Shown: positions 48,575 to 61,927, counted from the first letter of the stretch. The stretch: 64,000 bases of DNA from Candidatus Dadabacteria bacterium (GCA_022819805.1 JAJEGO010000065.1:4794-68793); one strand, 5' to 3'. Program-made: numbers and translations. The notes: generated from the sequence alone by a model not told the origin.

Positions 48575-50734
48575 TTGCAGGTGGCTTCTTCAATAACGGA
48601 CATCGCGAGCAAGAGAGGTTCCAGGGGTTCTTCCAAGAAGTATCTTAACAGGGAGCTTTCCTGGCTTGATTTCAACCTGCGGGTTCTCGAGACGGCGGCA
48701 AGCAAGAAGGTTCCGCTTCTTGAGAGGGTGCGGTTCCTGTCCATCTCCGCGAGCAACCTCGATGAGTTCTACAAGGTGAGGGTTGCGGGTCTTGCGGGAC
48801 AGGTCATGGAGGGAGTGACCGACCGCAGCAAAGACGGTCTTACGCCGTCCCAGCAGCTCGAAGCCATAAGGGAGAAGGTGCGCTTTCTGCTCGACAGCCA
48901 GTACGAGTGCGAAAAGGAACTGTTTTCCCTCTGCAAGAAGGCGAAGATCAAGATCGTGACTCCCGAGAAACTCGACCGCTCGGACGCCGAATGGCTTTCC
49001 GAATGGTTCTCGAAACAGCTTTTTCCGGTGCTTACCCCTCTTTCCATAGACCCGGCGCATCCGTTTCCCTTCATACAGAGCGAAAGCCTCGTGTGCGCCG
49101 TGCAGCTGAGCCGCGCCGAGGACGGAAAGCGCATGACGGGTCTCATACTGCTGCCTTCCCAGGTGGAGCGCTTCATAAGGGTTCCTGGAGGGAAAAAAAT
49201 CCAGTTTGTCCCGATCGAGAAGGTCATCGAGCACAACATGAAATCCCTTTTCCCGGGTTTTGAAGTCGAGAACCAGGGGATCTTCCAGATCACCCGCGAC
49301 AGCCTTCTTGAGATAGACGAGGACGCGGAAGATCTGGTCGATACGTTTGAAACTGCCCTTAAGCAGCAACGCAGGGGAGGGTCCGTGATCAGGGTTGACG
49401 TAAACGCGGACATGCCGGACGCGATCGTCGACTTCATAATGGACAAGCTTGAGGCCCGTGACGCGCATTTTTTCAGAATCAAGGGGATGCTCGGTCTTGA
49501 GAGCGTGAAGCAGATAATACTCGATGAGCGAAGCGACCTTCTGTACAAGCGCATGAGTATCCGCTACCCAGAGCGGGTAAGGGAATTCGGAGGCGACGTG
49601 ATGGCCGCCATACGGCAGAAGGATTTCGTCGTTCACCACCCGTACGAGAGTTTCGACGTCGTAGTCGAGTTCCTGAAACAGGCCGCGGCGGACCCGGCGG
49701 TCGTCGCGATCAAGCAGACGCTTTACCGCACCTCGGTAGACTCCCCGATAGTGAAAAGGCTCATAGAGGCCGCCGAGGCCGGAAAATCCGTAACCGCCAT
49801 GGTGGAACTCAAGGCCCGTTTCGACGAGGAGGCCAACATCCGCTGGGCTCATGACCTCGAGGATGCGGGAGTCCAGGTCGTGTTCGGATTCCTCGACCTT
49901 AAAACCCACGCCAAGGTGTCGCTCGTGGTGAGAAGGGAGGGTTCCGACATCCGCACCTACGCCCACTTCGGCACCGGCAACTATCACCCCGTAAACGCCA
50001 AGATATACACTGACCTCAGCTACTTCACGGCCGACGAGGCGCTCGGCCGGGACGCTGCCAAGCTTTTTAACTACATGACCGGTTACGCCACTCCGGAGAA
50101 GATGGAGAGGATATTTTTCTCTCCCGTCACGATGCGCCCGAAGGTGCTTGAGCTGATAAGGGACGAGATAGATCACGCGAAGGCCGGCCGGCCGGCGGTG
50201 ATATGGGCCAAGATGAATTCCCTTGTGGACAGCAAGATCATAGACGCGCTCTACGCGGCGAGCCGCGCGGGGGTGCGGATCGAGCTTTTCGTTCGGGGAA
50301 TATGCTGCCTCCGGCCCGGGGTGCCTGGGCTTTCTGAGAACATCAGGGTAAAGAGCATCGTGGGGCGTTTCCTCGAGCACAGCAGGGTCATCTGCTTTGG
50401 CGCCGGGGAGGGGCTTCCCTCTAATGCCTGCAAGGTCTTCATCTCGTCTGCAGACTGGATGCCCCGCAATCTTGACCGCAGGGTGGAGTCACTTGTTCCG
50501 ATCGAAAACGCCACCGTGAAAAAACAGCTCGTTGAGCAGGTGATGGTCGCTAATCTAAAAGATGTCGTGAACAGCTGGGAAATGGGACCGGACGGCTCTT
50601 TCCGCAAGCTGAAAAGAGAAGGGGACAATTTTTCGGCTCACAAATACTTTATGACCAACCCCAGTCTTTCGGGGAGAGGCAAGGCGCTTGCCGAATCCCG
50701 GCCGCTGATGCCGGCTGAGTTTGTGCAGGAATAA
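48575..50734 (+). CDS. ppk: polyphosphate kinase 1
   Basis: NRELSWLDFNLRVL N-terminus, PLD-like HKxxxxD-type tandem C-domains, and the histidine autophosphorylation region. Confidence 0.92.
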   Translation: MQVASSITDIASKRGSRGSSKKYLNRELSWLDFNLRVLETAASKKVPLLERVRFLSISASNLDEFYKVRVAGLAGQVMEGVTDRSKDGLTPSQQLEAIREKVRFLLDSQYECEKELFSLCKKAKIKIVTPEKLDRSDAEWLSEWFSKQLFPVLTPLSIDPAHPFPFIQSESLVCAVQLSRAEDGKRMTGLILLPSQVERFIRVPGGKKIQFVPIEKVIEHNMKSLFPGFEVENQGIFQITRDSLLEIDEDAEDLVDTFETALKQQRRGGSVIRVDVNADMPDAIVDFIMDKLEARDAHFFRIKGMLGLESVKQIILDERSDLLYKRMSIRYPERVREFGGDVMAAIRQKDFVVHHPYESFDVVVEFLKQAAADPAVVAIKQTLYRTSVDSPIVKRLIEAAEAGKSVTAMVELKARFDEEANIRWAHDLEDAGVQVVFGFLDLKTHAKVSLVVRREGSDIRTYAHFGTGNYHPVNAKIYTDLSYFTADEALGRDAAKLFNYMTGYATPEKMERIFFSPVTMRPKVLELIRDEIDHAKAGRPAVIWAKMNSLVDSKIIDALYAASRAGVRIELFVRGICCLRPGVPGLSENIRVKSIVGRFLEHSRVICFGAGEGLPSNACKVFISSADWMPRNLDRRVESLVPIENATVKKQLVEQVMVANLKDVVNSWEMGPDGSFRKLKREGDNFSAHKYFMTNPSLSGRGKALAESRPLMPAEFVQE

Positions 50735-52235
50735 TCTTATGACAGAAATATCTCCTTCCGCCGTGCCGTTCGGCGAGGGTGGGACCGTGGCGGTAATCGA
50801 CGTGGGATCAAACTCCATACGTCTCGTTGTCTACAAGGGACCGAGACGCGCTCCGCTTCCTATACTTGATGAAAAAGTCTCCTGCGGCTTAGGACGCGGA
50901 ATGGACTCAGAGGGCAGGATGTCGCCGCGAAGCATGGACCTGTCCCTCCGGACCGTAAGCCGCTTCGTTGACATCGCGCGCTCCATGAGGGTTTCCGGTA
51001 TAAAGGCGGTTGCCACCGCCGCGGTGAGAAACGCCGCAAACGGCCCCGACTTCAAGGAGGCCGTCGAGCGTGAGTGCGGGATTTCGCTTCGGGTGCTCTC
51101 TGGCATCGAGGAGGCGAGGCTTTCTGCGCTCGGCACCCTCTGCGCCATTCCGGATTCGGACGGCGTGATGGGGGACATAGGAGGCGGGAGCCTTGAACTG
51201 GTAGAGATCTGCGAGGGAGAAATAAGAAATCACGCCACGTTGCCGCTGGGTACCATCCCGCTTCTTGAAAGCGGTCTCAGTCCCCAAAAGGCCGCCAAGG
51301 AACTGATCGCTCCCCGTCTTGAAGAGCTTCCCTGGCTTAAAAACGCGAAAAAGAAAACCTTCTACGCCGTCGGAGGATCGTGGCGCGCCCTGGCGAAAAA
51401 ACACATGGAAACCGAGGACTACCCGCTTCGCATAGTTCACGGCTACAGTCTTTCGAGTTCAAGGGCGCTTGAGATGACCCGGGAGGTAGTTGATATATCC
51501 CCGGGCTCGCTTCGGAGCCTCTGGATCATAGGGAGAAACAGGATGGAATCCGCTCCCTACGCCGCGGCGCTTATGAAAAGTCTTCTGAAAAAAACAGGGG
51601 CAAGAGATCTTGTGTTCTGTACGTACGGCCTTCGGGAAGGGTGCATATATGATGATCTTCCACCGGAGCAGCGCTCCTTGGACCCCCTCATTGTCATGTG
51701 CCAGGAAATCGCGCTCAAGACGGGAAGATCGATCGGGGACGGCGAGGCTTTCTGCAGGTGGATAGAGCCGGCGATTCCTGATGAGTGCTCCGGGAATCCG
51801 AGGCTGAGACTTACCGCCTGCCATCTTTCCGACATAGGGATTTCCGAACATCCCGAGTACCGGGCCGAACAGGTGTTTTTGAGGATACTGCGGATGCCGT
51901 TTGTGGGAATCACGCACCCCGAAAGGGTAAGGGTGGCTTTTTCGGTCGCCTCAAGGCACGCGGCGATCGGAAACCTGGTCCGCCGCTGGGAAGTCTCGGA
52001 TTTTCTTTCCGGGGGCGATATTGAGGAAGCCAGAGTTACGGGGCTTGCGCTTCGCCTGGCTTACACGGTTTCTGGAGGGGTGACGCGGATTCTTGAGAGT
52101 ACGAGGCTTGAGAGGTCCAGGGGAAAGCTTACGCTGCGTATGCCTGACCAGATACCGCATCCTGAGACCGTCGGCCGTCGTTTAGGGGCCCTCGCAAAGG
52201 CCGTCGGATGCGATTACGAGACGATCGCTCGGTAG
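50721..52235 (+). CDS. ppx: exopolyphosphatase / guanosine pentaphosphate phosphohydrolase (Ppx/GppA)
   Basis: ASKHA-fold motifs AVIDVGSNSIRLVVY and DIGGGSLE. It overlaps ppk by 14 nt. Confidence 0.88.
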   Translation: MCRNNLMTEISPSAVPFGEGGTVAVIDVGSNSIRLVVYKGPRRAPLPILDEKVSCGLGRGMDSEGRMSPRSMDLSLRTVSRFVDIARSMRVSGIKAVATAAVRNAANGPDFKEAVERECGISLRVLSGIEEARLSALGTLCAIPDSDGVMGDIGGGSLELVEICEGEIRNHATLPLGTIPLLESGLSPQKAAKELIAPRLEELPWLKNAKKKTFYAVGGSWRALAKKHMETEDYPLRIVHGYSLSSSRALEMTREVVDISPGSLRSLWIIGRNRMESAPYAAALMKSLLKKTGARDLVFCTYGLREGCIYDDLPPEQRSLDPLIVMCQEIALKTGRSIGDGEAFCRWIEPAIPDECSGNPRLRLTACHLSDIGISEHPEYRAEQVFLRILRMPFVGITHPERVRVAFSVASRHAAIGNLVRRWEVSDFLSGGDIEEARVTGLALRLAYTVSGGVTRILESTRLERSRGKLTLRMPDQIPHPETVGRRLGALAKAVGCDYETIAR

Positions 52236-52686
52236 GAAGGTCACCGATAAATACTCCCTTCCATCGCATATAACTCTTTTACCGTGGACAGAACGCTGCC
52301 GTAAAATTGTCACGCTGAAAGGTGCATGGAAGTGACTTGGTTATGGGTTACTCCTCCAAGGACGGAAGGGTTGGAGCTGACCCGCCAGGTCCAGACCACT
52401 CAGAATTCCGCTTTCCCATCAAAATCGCCAGAGTGCACTCGCTCCAAAGCGAGGGGTCTTCACGAAAGCAATCTAATTGGAAGGAAGAACTTAAAAAACC
52501 TGAACAGATATTGACTCAACAGTTGGTACTAGATACATTGAAGTGACAATAGGTAAAGGACATGATTCAGTGTGTCTGTTCCACCAGCACTGGACTTCCT
52601 CAAGGAAAGCCGGTTTCATGTCCTTTACCTTTATTCTGAAAATCCAGACAAAACGAATCAGTTTTCTCTTTTCAGGATCTGTTCCT

Positions 52687-54393
52687 TTACCTCTTTAGCT
52701 TGTAGCCGGCCTCCACCATGTCCCAAGTGTCTTTCGTTACTCCCTGTTCTCGAAGCTTGTTTTTCTGGGTTCTCTGCGTACCGGTCTTGGGGAAGGAATC
52801 GACAGACCTTATGAACCTTGGGATCATGAAGTAGGGCATCCTGGGCTGGAGGTAGTCCATAAGTTCTACGGGGTCTACCTTTTTTCCTTCCTTCGGGATC
52901 ACCAGTATCATGAGCTCGTCTTCTGCGTATTTTCCGGCTTCCGACTTTATGCCAATAGCGGCCGACTCCTCGACATCGGGGTAGGAATTAACAATCTTCT
53001 CCACTTCGAAGGAGCTTATGTTCTCGCCCCTTCTTCTTATGTAGTCCTTTACCCTGTCGACAAAGTATATGTAGCCGTCTTTGTCCATTCTCCCTGCGTC
53101 GCCGGTGTGGAACCAGAAGTTTCTGAAGTCCTCAACGGTCTTCTCCGGCATCTTGTGATAATAGTGAAGCATTACGTTCGGGATCCTGGGGCGCACTATG
53201 ATTTCTCCTATGCTCCCCCTAGGTACCTCTTCATCCGTCTCAGGGTCGGCGATCTTTATCTCGTAGTTTGGAGCTTCCTTCCCGCAGGATCCAATCCTGA
53301 AGGGCTCTCCCGGTCTCATCCAGGTGCACTGCCCTATTTCGGTCAGTCCGTAGCCCTCCATGAACTTTATCCCGAAGCGTTCCATGAACTTCTCTATCAT
53401 GTCGTGAGGGGCGGGGGAGCCCAGAACAAGCTTTATCTTGTGCTGGTTCTCTTCGGGCACCGGAGGAGTGTTCCAGAGAAAGTACGACATGGTCCCCACG
53501 GTGTTTAACTTGGTTATCCCGTGGTCTACCATCCATTTCCAGAAGCGGCTCGAGCTGTATTTCTCCTCGACCACAGTTTTCGCTCCCTTTATAAGCGCCG
53601 GATATACGGTCATCACCATGGCGTTTGAGTGAAAAAGCGGAAGGCACGTGAAGCAGATGTCGTCCGGGCCGACGTCCATTATTTCGGCGTAGTTCCTGGC
53701 GCTGCTGTAATCTGCGGCCGAGGGTCTCATTACTCCTTTTGATCTCCCGGTGGTACCCGAAGTGTACATGAGCCTTGCGTAGTCCATGAAGGTAACCTCG
53801 ACGTCCGGCTCCTTGCCCGAACCCGAGTTTATAAACTCCGAGTAAGAAGTCATCTTGCGGAACTTGTAACCGTGCCTCTTGAATTTTTCGCTTCCGCTTC
53901 TTGTCCAGACTATCACGTGGCGAAGCTTGGAGAGATTCTTTGCTATGGGGGGCATCCGGTCCAGGTACTCTTCCGCTATGAAAAGCACCTCCGCGTCCGA
54001 ACTGTCGATTATGTATTCAAGAAAATCCATCTTGTAGGCTGTGTTTATGGGTACCATCACGGCTCCCGCCTTCAGGATTCCGAACCACGTTATGACGTAG
54101 TCATCTGAGTTCGGCATGTACACGGCAACTTTCTCCGCTTTCGCTACCCCGAGACCGCAAAGGGCGTTTGCCACGCGGTTTGCAAGACGATTTGTCTGGT
54201 AGAAGCTTATGGGCTTTTTGTAGCCGAACTGAAGGAAGGGTTTTCTGCCCAGTTTTTGCGCCTGTTCCCTTAGCACTTTGGGAAGCACCCAGTTTGACCT
54301 GTCTTCCTTCAGGTACCAGTTGACGTCGAATTTCCCGTTTTCGCGCTTGTAAGTGACGGGATGCATAAGGTCCTTAGGTTTTTTTCTTGCCAT
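52687..54393 (-). CDS. AMP-binding acyl-CoA synthetase / long-chain-fatty-acid-CoA ligase
   Basis: Intact YTSGTTGRSKGV, GYGLTE and C-terminal GWFHTGD-type motifs. Confidence 0.88.
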   Translation of the reverse strand: MARKKPKDLMHPVTYKRENGKFDVNWYLKEDRSNWVLPKVLREQAQKLGRKPFLQFGYKKPISFYQTNRLANRVANALCGLGVAKAEKVAVYMPNSDDYVITWFGILKAGAVMVPINTAYKMDFLEYIIDSSDAEVLFIAEEYLDRMPPIAKNLSKLRHVIVWTRSGSEKFKRHGYKFRKMTSYSEFINSGSGKEPDVEVTFMDYARLMYTSGTTGRSKGVMRPSAADYSSARNYAEIMDVGPDDICFTCLPLFHSNAMVMTVYPALIKGAKTVVEEKYSSSRFWKWMVDHGITKLNTVGTMSYFLWNTPPVPEENQHKIKLVLGSPAPHDMIEKFMERFGIKFMEGYGLTEIGQCTWMRPGEPFRIGSCGKEAPNYEIKIADPETDEEVPRGSIGEIIVRPRIPNVMLHYYHKMPEKTVEDFRNFWFHTGDAGRMDKDGYIYFVDRVKDYIRRRGENISSFEVEKIVNSYPDVEESAAIGIKSEAGKYAEDELMILVIPKEGKKVDPVELMDYLQPRMPYFMIPRFIRSVDSFPKTGTQRTQKNKLREQGVTKDTWDMVEAGYKLKR

Positions 54394-54451
54394 TTTTTCT
54401 CCTTTTCCCGGCAGGATAGGGGAGTTAGGATTAAGGGTCAGGTCTTTCTAT

Positions 54452-55213
54452 CTAACTGAATTCTTCTCCCGCCGGTTCCGCCTCGGGTTTCTTCTTGGCG
54501 AATATCTTTGCGATAACTATTCCCAGTTCGTAGAAAATGAAAAGCGGGATGAGCATGAACATCATCGAGACGGCGTCTGTGGTAGGGGTAATGAAAGCGG
54601 CCAGTATGGCGTTTATCAAAAGCGCGTATTTTCTCTGCCTGGCCAAAAACCCAGCCGTCACGAGTCCCAGCCTCGAGAGGATGAATATCACTAGCGGAAA
54701 CTCGAACACCAGCCCGAAACCGATCATAAGCGCCGTAAGGAACGATAGCGCTTCCTTTATGCTCGGAAACGCCTTTACGTACTGGGTCGTGTATTCTCCG
54801 AGCAGGAACCGCAGTCCCTGAGGGGCGGCGACGAAGTAGCAAAAAAGGGCGCCAAGGATGAAAAACAGGGTTCCGAACGTAACAAGTGGGATGACGACCC
54901 TTTTTTCCTTCTTGTAAAGCGCCGGGGAGACAAAATGCCAGGCGTTATAGAGAATAAACGGAACCGAGAGGAAGAAGGAGAAAAACAGCGATACCTTTAG
55001 GTAGGTTAAAAATCCCTCGGCCGGGCGCGTGAATATGAGGGAGCTTCCCTCGGGCAGGCTCCTTATTATGGGCCCCATGAGCAGGTCGAAGAGCTGTTTT
55101 GAGAAAATATAGCAGGGGACGAAAAAGACAAGTACGGGAATTACTGAATATATGATTCTTTTTCTGAGCTCTTCAGCGTGCTCGAGGAAATTCATGCCGC
55201 TTTCTTCTTTCAT
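54452..55213 (-). CDS. tatC: twin-arginine translocase subunit TatC
   Basis: 6-TM protein whose N-terminus LEHAEELRKRIIYSV is typical of TatC. Confidence 0.88.
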   Translation of the reverse strand: MKEESGMNFLEHAEELRKRIIYSVIPVLVFFVPCYIFSKQLFDLLMGPIIRSLPEGSSLIFTRPAEGFLTYLKVSLFFSFFLSVPFILYNAWHFVSPALYKKEKRVVIPLVTFGTLFFILGALFCYFVAAPQGLRFLLGEYTTQYVKAFPSIKEALSFLTALMIGFGLVFEFPLVIFILSRLGLVTAGFLARQRKYALLINAILAAFITPTTDAVSMMFMLIPLFIFYELGIVIAKIFAKKKPEAEPAGEEFS

Positions 55214-55377
55214 TACGGCAGGTTAGGGTAACCCAAATCGTGATTTTTAACAATTCCTTCGGCATTCGCCGGAGGCTCTCTGCGCACGCTTTCCGAATGC
55301 GGTTTGACTGATTGACATTGTCTTTGGTTTAACTATTATGTTACTGGTTTTTTATCCCGCCTTTCCGGAGGAATCTC

Positions 55378-56968
55378 TTGAAAATACTTATAACTGACGG
55401 ACTTGCGAAGCAGGGTCTTGAACTTCTGAGGGCAGCTGAGGGAGTGGAGGTCGACGAGAGAAAAGGCATATCTCCTGATGAGCTTGTTGATATCATAGGG
55501 GACTACGACGGCCTCGTGGTAAGAAGCGCCACGAAGGTTACCAAGGAAGTCATAGAGGCTTCGGGTGGCAGGCTTCGGATAATAGGCCGCGCCGGCATAG
55601 GAATAGACAACATAGACCTTGACGCCGCGACAAGAAACGGGGTGGCCGTTATGAACACCCCCGAGTCGAATTCCATAACCACCGCGGAGCACACAATCAC
55701 GCTGCTTCTCTCCCTCGCGAGAAGGATTCCCCAGGCCCACTCCTCCATAAAATCGGGCAAGTGGGAGAGAAACAAGTACAAGGGAGTCGAAGTCTATGGA
55801 AAGACAATCGGCCTTGTGGGCCTCGGAAACATAGGCAAGCTGGTGGCCGAGCGGGCTATGGGCCTTAAGATGAAGGCGATTGCCTACGATCCGTACCTGA
55901 GCCGGGAAGCCGCGAAGAAACTCAGCATTGAGCTTGTCTCTTTGGACGAACTTTTCCACCGCTCGGACGTGATAACGGTACACACACCACTTACGGACGA
56001 GACGAGGGATCTTGTAAACTCGGAGTCTTTCGCAAAGATGAAAGAATGGGTGATAGTGATTAACTGCGCCCGGGGAGGAATAGTGAACGAGGCGGACATG
56101 GCCGAGGCGCTTCGCGAAGGCAAGGTGGGGGGAGCGGCGTTTGACGTATACACCTCAGAACCTATCGACCCCGACAACCCCGTTCTGTCAGTTGAAGAGA
56201 ACATAGTGCTTACTCCGCACCTCGGTGCCTCCACGGAGGAGGCGCAGATAAAGGTCGGGACCACCATGGCGCAGCAACTCATAGATTTCGCGCAGAAAGG
56301 GGTCGTTAAAAATGCGGTCAACATGCCGTCGCTTACCACGGAGCAGCTTGCCGTTATGAGGCCGTATATGTCAATTTGCGAGAAGATAGGGAGTCTTCAC
56401 GGGCAGTTGTGCAAGGGCGCCGTTCGCACCGTAGAGGTGACTTACGAGGGCGAAGCGGCCGAAATGGACTGCGGGTACCTGACGGTTGCCGTGCTGAAAG
56501 GCTTTCTCTCGCACATAATGGACATCTCGGTGACCTACGTTAACGCTCCATCAATAGCCGAGGAAAGGAAGATAAAGATAGTGGAGTCAAAATCGGCGGC
56601 CATGAGCCAGTACACGAGCCTCATTACCGTAACTGTCACGACCCGCGAAGGGACCAACGAGATTTCGGGAAGCGTCTTCGGCGGGAACCATGAAAGGATA
56701 GTGAAGGTAAACGGAGTCGAGATCGACGTTGTTCCCGAGGGATTTCTGCTCGTGAGCCACAACTACGACCGCCCGGGCTTCATAGGCTCGATGTGTTCTG
56801 TTCTCGGGAAAAACGACGTCAACATCGGCCGGATGCACCTTGGAAGGAAATCCGTGGGCGGAGAAGCCATAGTTTTTACGAACATTGATACCGAGGTTAG
56901 CGAGGAAGTTATCCGGGAGATTTCCGCCATAGAGAATATTATTTCGGTAACCCAGGTCAGTTTTTCAG

Positions 56969-56976
<8 letters not shown>
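55378..56976 (+). CDS. serA: D-3-phosphoglycerate dehydrogenase with ASB and ACT domains
   Basis: NAD motif GLGNIGKLVA, catalytic R/E/H residues, and a C-terminal ACT domain. Confidence 0.9.
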
Positions 56977-59532
<2,556 letters not shown>

Positions 59533-59922
59533 TCAGTCTCTTTTTAGAACCTCGATTGTCTGCGCCGTGAGCTTGGGATCGAACCTGTTTTCAGAGGAGA
59601 TGAAATTGCTGTCGAAAAGACCCCTCGCTTCCACTATGTTTCCTTCGGCGAAAGAGAGTTCCTTGTCCCAGATGACCGTTATGTAGTTTCCTTCGTTGTC
59701 GGCCAGCTTGAAGGTCGTTGATTCCGCCGGTTCCTCAGATGTCGAGATTTCCCATACTTTTCCCTTAACGCGTACTTCCTGCATCGTGTATACAGAAGGG
59801 TTAAGCACAAGAACCACCACGGATTTGTCGGCCGATATCATGGAAGTCGCAGGGTCTTCCCATCTTGCGCACGCGGGGGCGAGCAGTATGGCTGCCAGAA
59901 AAAAGACGGTGAGTATTTTCAT
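59533..59922 (-). CDS. hypothetical lipoprotein
   Basis: Signal peptide with lipobox LLAPAC. No recognisable domain. Confidence 0.45.
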   Translation of the reverse strand: MKILTVFFLAAILLAPACARWEDPATSMISADKSVVVLVLNPSVYTMQEVRVKGKVWEISTSEEPAESTTFKLADNEGNYITVIWDKELSFAEGNIVEARGLFDSNFISSENRFDPKLTAQTIEVLKRD

Positions 59923-60914
59923 TCGTTTTCTCCGATTACTGAGGTATGTCCACTCACATTATCCTTAATTCTCTCGTACGCGTCTATTATTTTCATTACT
60001 AGCGGATGCCTTATGACGTCGGTCTTGGAGAAGTGAACAAACTCTATTCCCTTTATTCCGGAGAGGATGTTCATGGCTTCGATCAGCCCGGAGTTCTGTT
60101 CCCTGGCTAGGTCTATCTGGGTGATATCTCCCGTTATGACCGTTTTTGAGCCGAACCCGAGCCGGGTGAGAAACATCTTCATCTGTATCGCCGTCGTGTT
60201 CTGCGCCTCATCAAGAATTATAAACGCGTCATTAAGCGTTCTTCCTCTCATGTAGGCTATCGGCACGATTTCAATCATGTTCTTCTCAATGAGCCTGTTG
60301 GCTTTCTCGAATTCCATCATGTCGTAGAGGGCGTCGAAGAGGGGTCGCAGGTAGGGATTTACTTTTTCCTGGAGATCACCGGGGAGGAATCCCAGTTTTT
60401 CTCCCGCCTCCACAGCGGGACGCGCGAGCACTATTCTGTTTACCTTCTTGTTTGTAAACGCAGAAACGGCCATTGCCATCGCCAAGTAGGTTTTCCCCGT
60501 CCCGGCGGGACCTATGCCGAACACCATGTCGTTTCTTCTTATGGCGTCGATGTAGAGTTTCTGGTTTATAGTCTTGGGGCTTATTATTTTTTTCCGAACG
60601 GATATGCAGACCGTGTCGAGGAATATCTCTTCAAGTGAGGCGTCTTTCTGGCTGAGAAGCCTCTTGGCTATTTTTATGTCGGAAGGCTGAAGAACATACC
60701 CTTTTTCTATAAGCGAGTACATCTGCCCCATGAGCATTCCCGCTTCCGCGGTCCTTTTCTCGTTTCCCTTGAGAGTGATTTTGTTGCCCCGGGTGTGGAT
60801 GCTTATGTCGAATTCGTTTTCTATTTCCTTGAGATTCGAGTTAAGCTCCCCGTAGAGGACCTTTACAGCTTCTATGTTCTCAAGTTCAAGCTCTCTGATT
60901 CCGTCCATAGGCAA
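59919..60914 (-). CDS. phoH: PhoH-like ATPase
   Basis: Walker A GPAGTGKTYLA and Walker B ILDEAQN. Confidence 0.88.
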   Translation of the reverse strand: MPMDGIRELELENIEAVKVLYGELNSNLKEIENEFDISIHTRGNKITLKGNEKRTAEAGMLMGQMYSLIEKGYVLQPSDIKIAKRLLSQKDASLEEIFLDTVCISVRKKIISPKTINQKLYIDAIRRNDMVFGIGPAGTGKTYLAMAMAVSAFTNKKVNRIVLARPAVEAGEKLGFLPGDLQEKVNPYLRPLFDALYDMMEFEKANRLIEKNMIEIVPIAYMRGRTLNDAFIILDEAQNTTAIQMKMFLTRLGFGSKTVITGDITQIDLAREQNSGLIEAMNILSGIKGIEFVHFSKTDVIRHPLVMKIIDAYERIKDNVSGHTSVIGENE

Positions 60915-61250
60915 TTGGGCTACCGCGTACAGGAAAGATTATGTTTCGCGTCCAGAATTTTTATGGTTTTTTGCTCCCACCCGAAAACGATTCTTTACAG
61001 CCTTGGTATCTCACTTTTGCTTATTTTCCCTTTTTTTAGGCTTTTTCTCAACAGTGGTTTGTCATTCAAGGGCTCTTTGCCCCGTGGGAGACTGCCTCCT
61101 GCGTGTTGCCTGCGCTTTGCTTAAAAAGGCGGAATTATTTGTTTGATAAGAAATTTAAAATTCCAACTCAGGCACACGCTGCCTGATGCGAGAAATCGAA
61201 ATGCATAGAGAAGGTCTAAAAAAAACGAACACACATATATATAATTTCTT

Positions 61251-61274
61251 TCGGAATAATATACCTATTGGCTT
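61251..61274 (+). repeat. left terminal inverted repeat of the IS1595-like unit
   Basis: See mobile element. It overlaps the last codons of the nuclease ORF. Confidence 0.7.
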
Positions 61275-61927
61275 TTGAGTAATTTTAGCACATTTTCTTC
61301 CAGCTTCAAGCGGTCAGGGTTTTCGTAGAAATCCAAGACTGCCTTAGGGTTGTTTTTCCTTGTTTGGTCAAACGCTTTTCTGATATACACCCCAAAGCCA
61401 TATTTCTGCTTCTTGCCTTCCCATTCGTTCCGTTTTCTCTGGTATTCCTTCAATCCCTTGTCAAAGAAATCATGAAGGTTTCTTGCCTGTTGAACTGTAA
61501 CAACATCCATACCGAGAAAGAAAGTAACGTCACGCTTGGGAAATGACCCGAGAAGGTAAATGCCGTTCGGTCTAGGAAGCCCGCTGTTCCATACAGGCTT
61601 GCCTGTTCGGCCTTTGTTGAATTTGGTCTCGATACAGAACAGGTAATCATCCTCAAAGATGAGGAAATCGGGATAGTTCTGTTTCCCATTAGGGGTTACC
61701 ATGAACTCTTGCTTATGCCCGTAGATGTTCGCAATGGGTTCAGCTCGTTCTTTGAGCAGGATCGCTTCTTTTATTTCTCCCCACTTCTCAGGTCTATCCG
61801 CCCGTTTGGTATATCCCTCGGACTTGATAAGTTGTTCCATCCGCTCTTCAAACTCCGTCCCTTTTCCTGCAGCCACAAACTCCGCAGGAGCTTTCCTGAT
61901 CGCCTCAAAGACGTTAGCCAGCTTCAT
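61265..61927 (-). CDS. PD-(D/E)xK-fold nuclease, candidate type II restriction endonuclease
   Basis: 220 aa. YPDFLIFEDDYLFCIETKF gives PD-x12-ExK. The ATG lies inside the region that an ON-phase methyltransferase would read through (14-nt overlap). Confidence 0.5.
   Translation of the reverse strand: MKLANVFEAIRKAPAEFVAAGKGTEFEERMEQLIKSEGYTKRADRPEKWGEIKEAILLKERAEPIANIYGHKQEFMVTPNGKQNYPDFLIFEDDYLFCIETKFNKGRTGKPVWNSGLPRPNGIYLLGSFPKRDVTFFLGMDVVTVQQARNLHDFFDKGLKEYQRKRNEWEGKKQKYGFGVYIRKAFDQTRKNNPKAVLDFYENPDRLKLEENVLKLLKSQ

Noticed and set aside
48590-50380. 596-aa minus-strand ORF antisense to ppk1, and the 261-aa ORF at 48769..49554
   Set aside because: They are fully contained in the antisense of polyphosphate kinase and have a biased, repetitive composition with no recognisable domain. 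This is a frame artefact.
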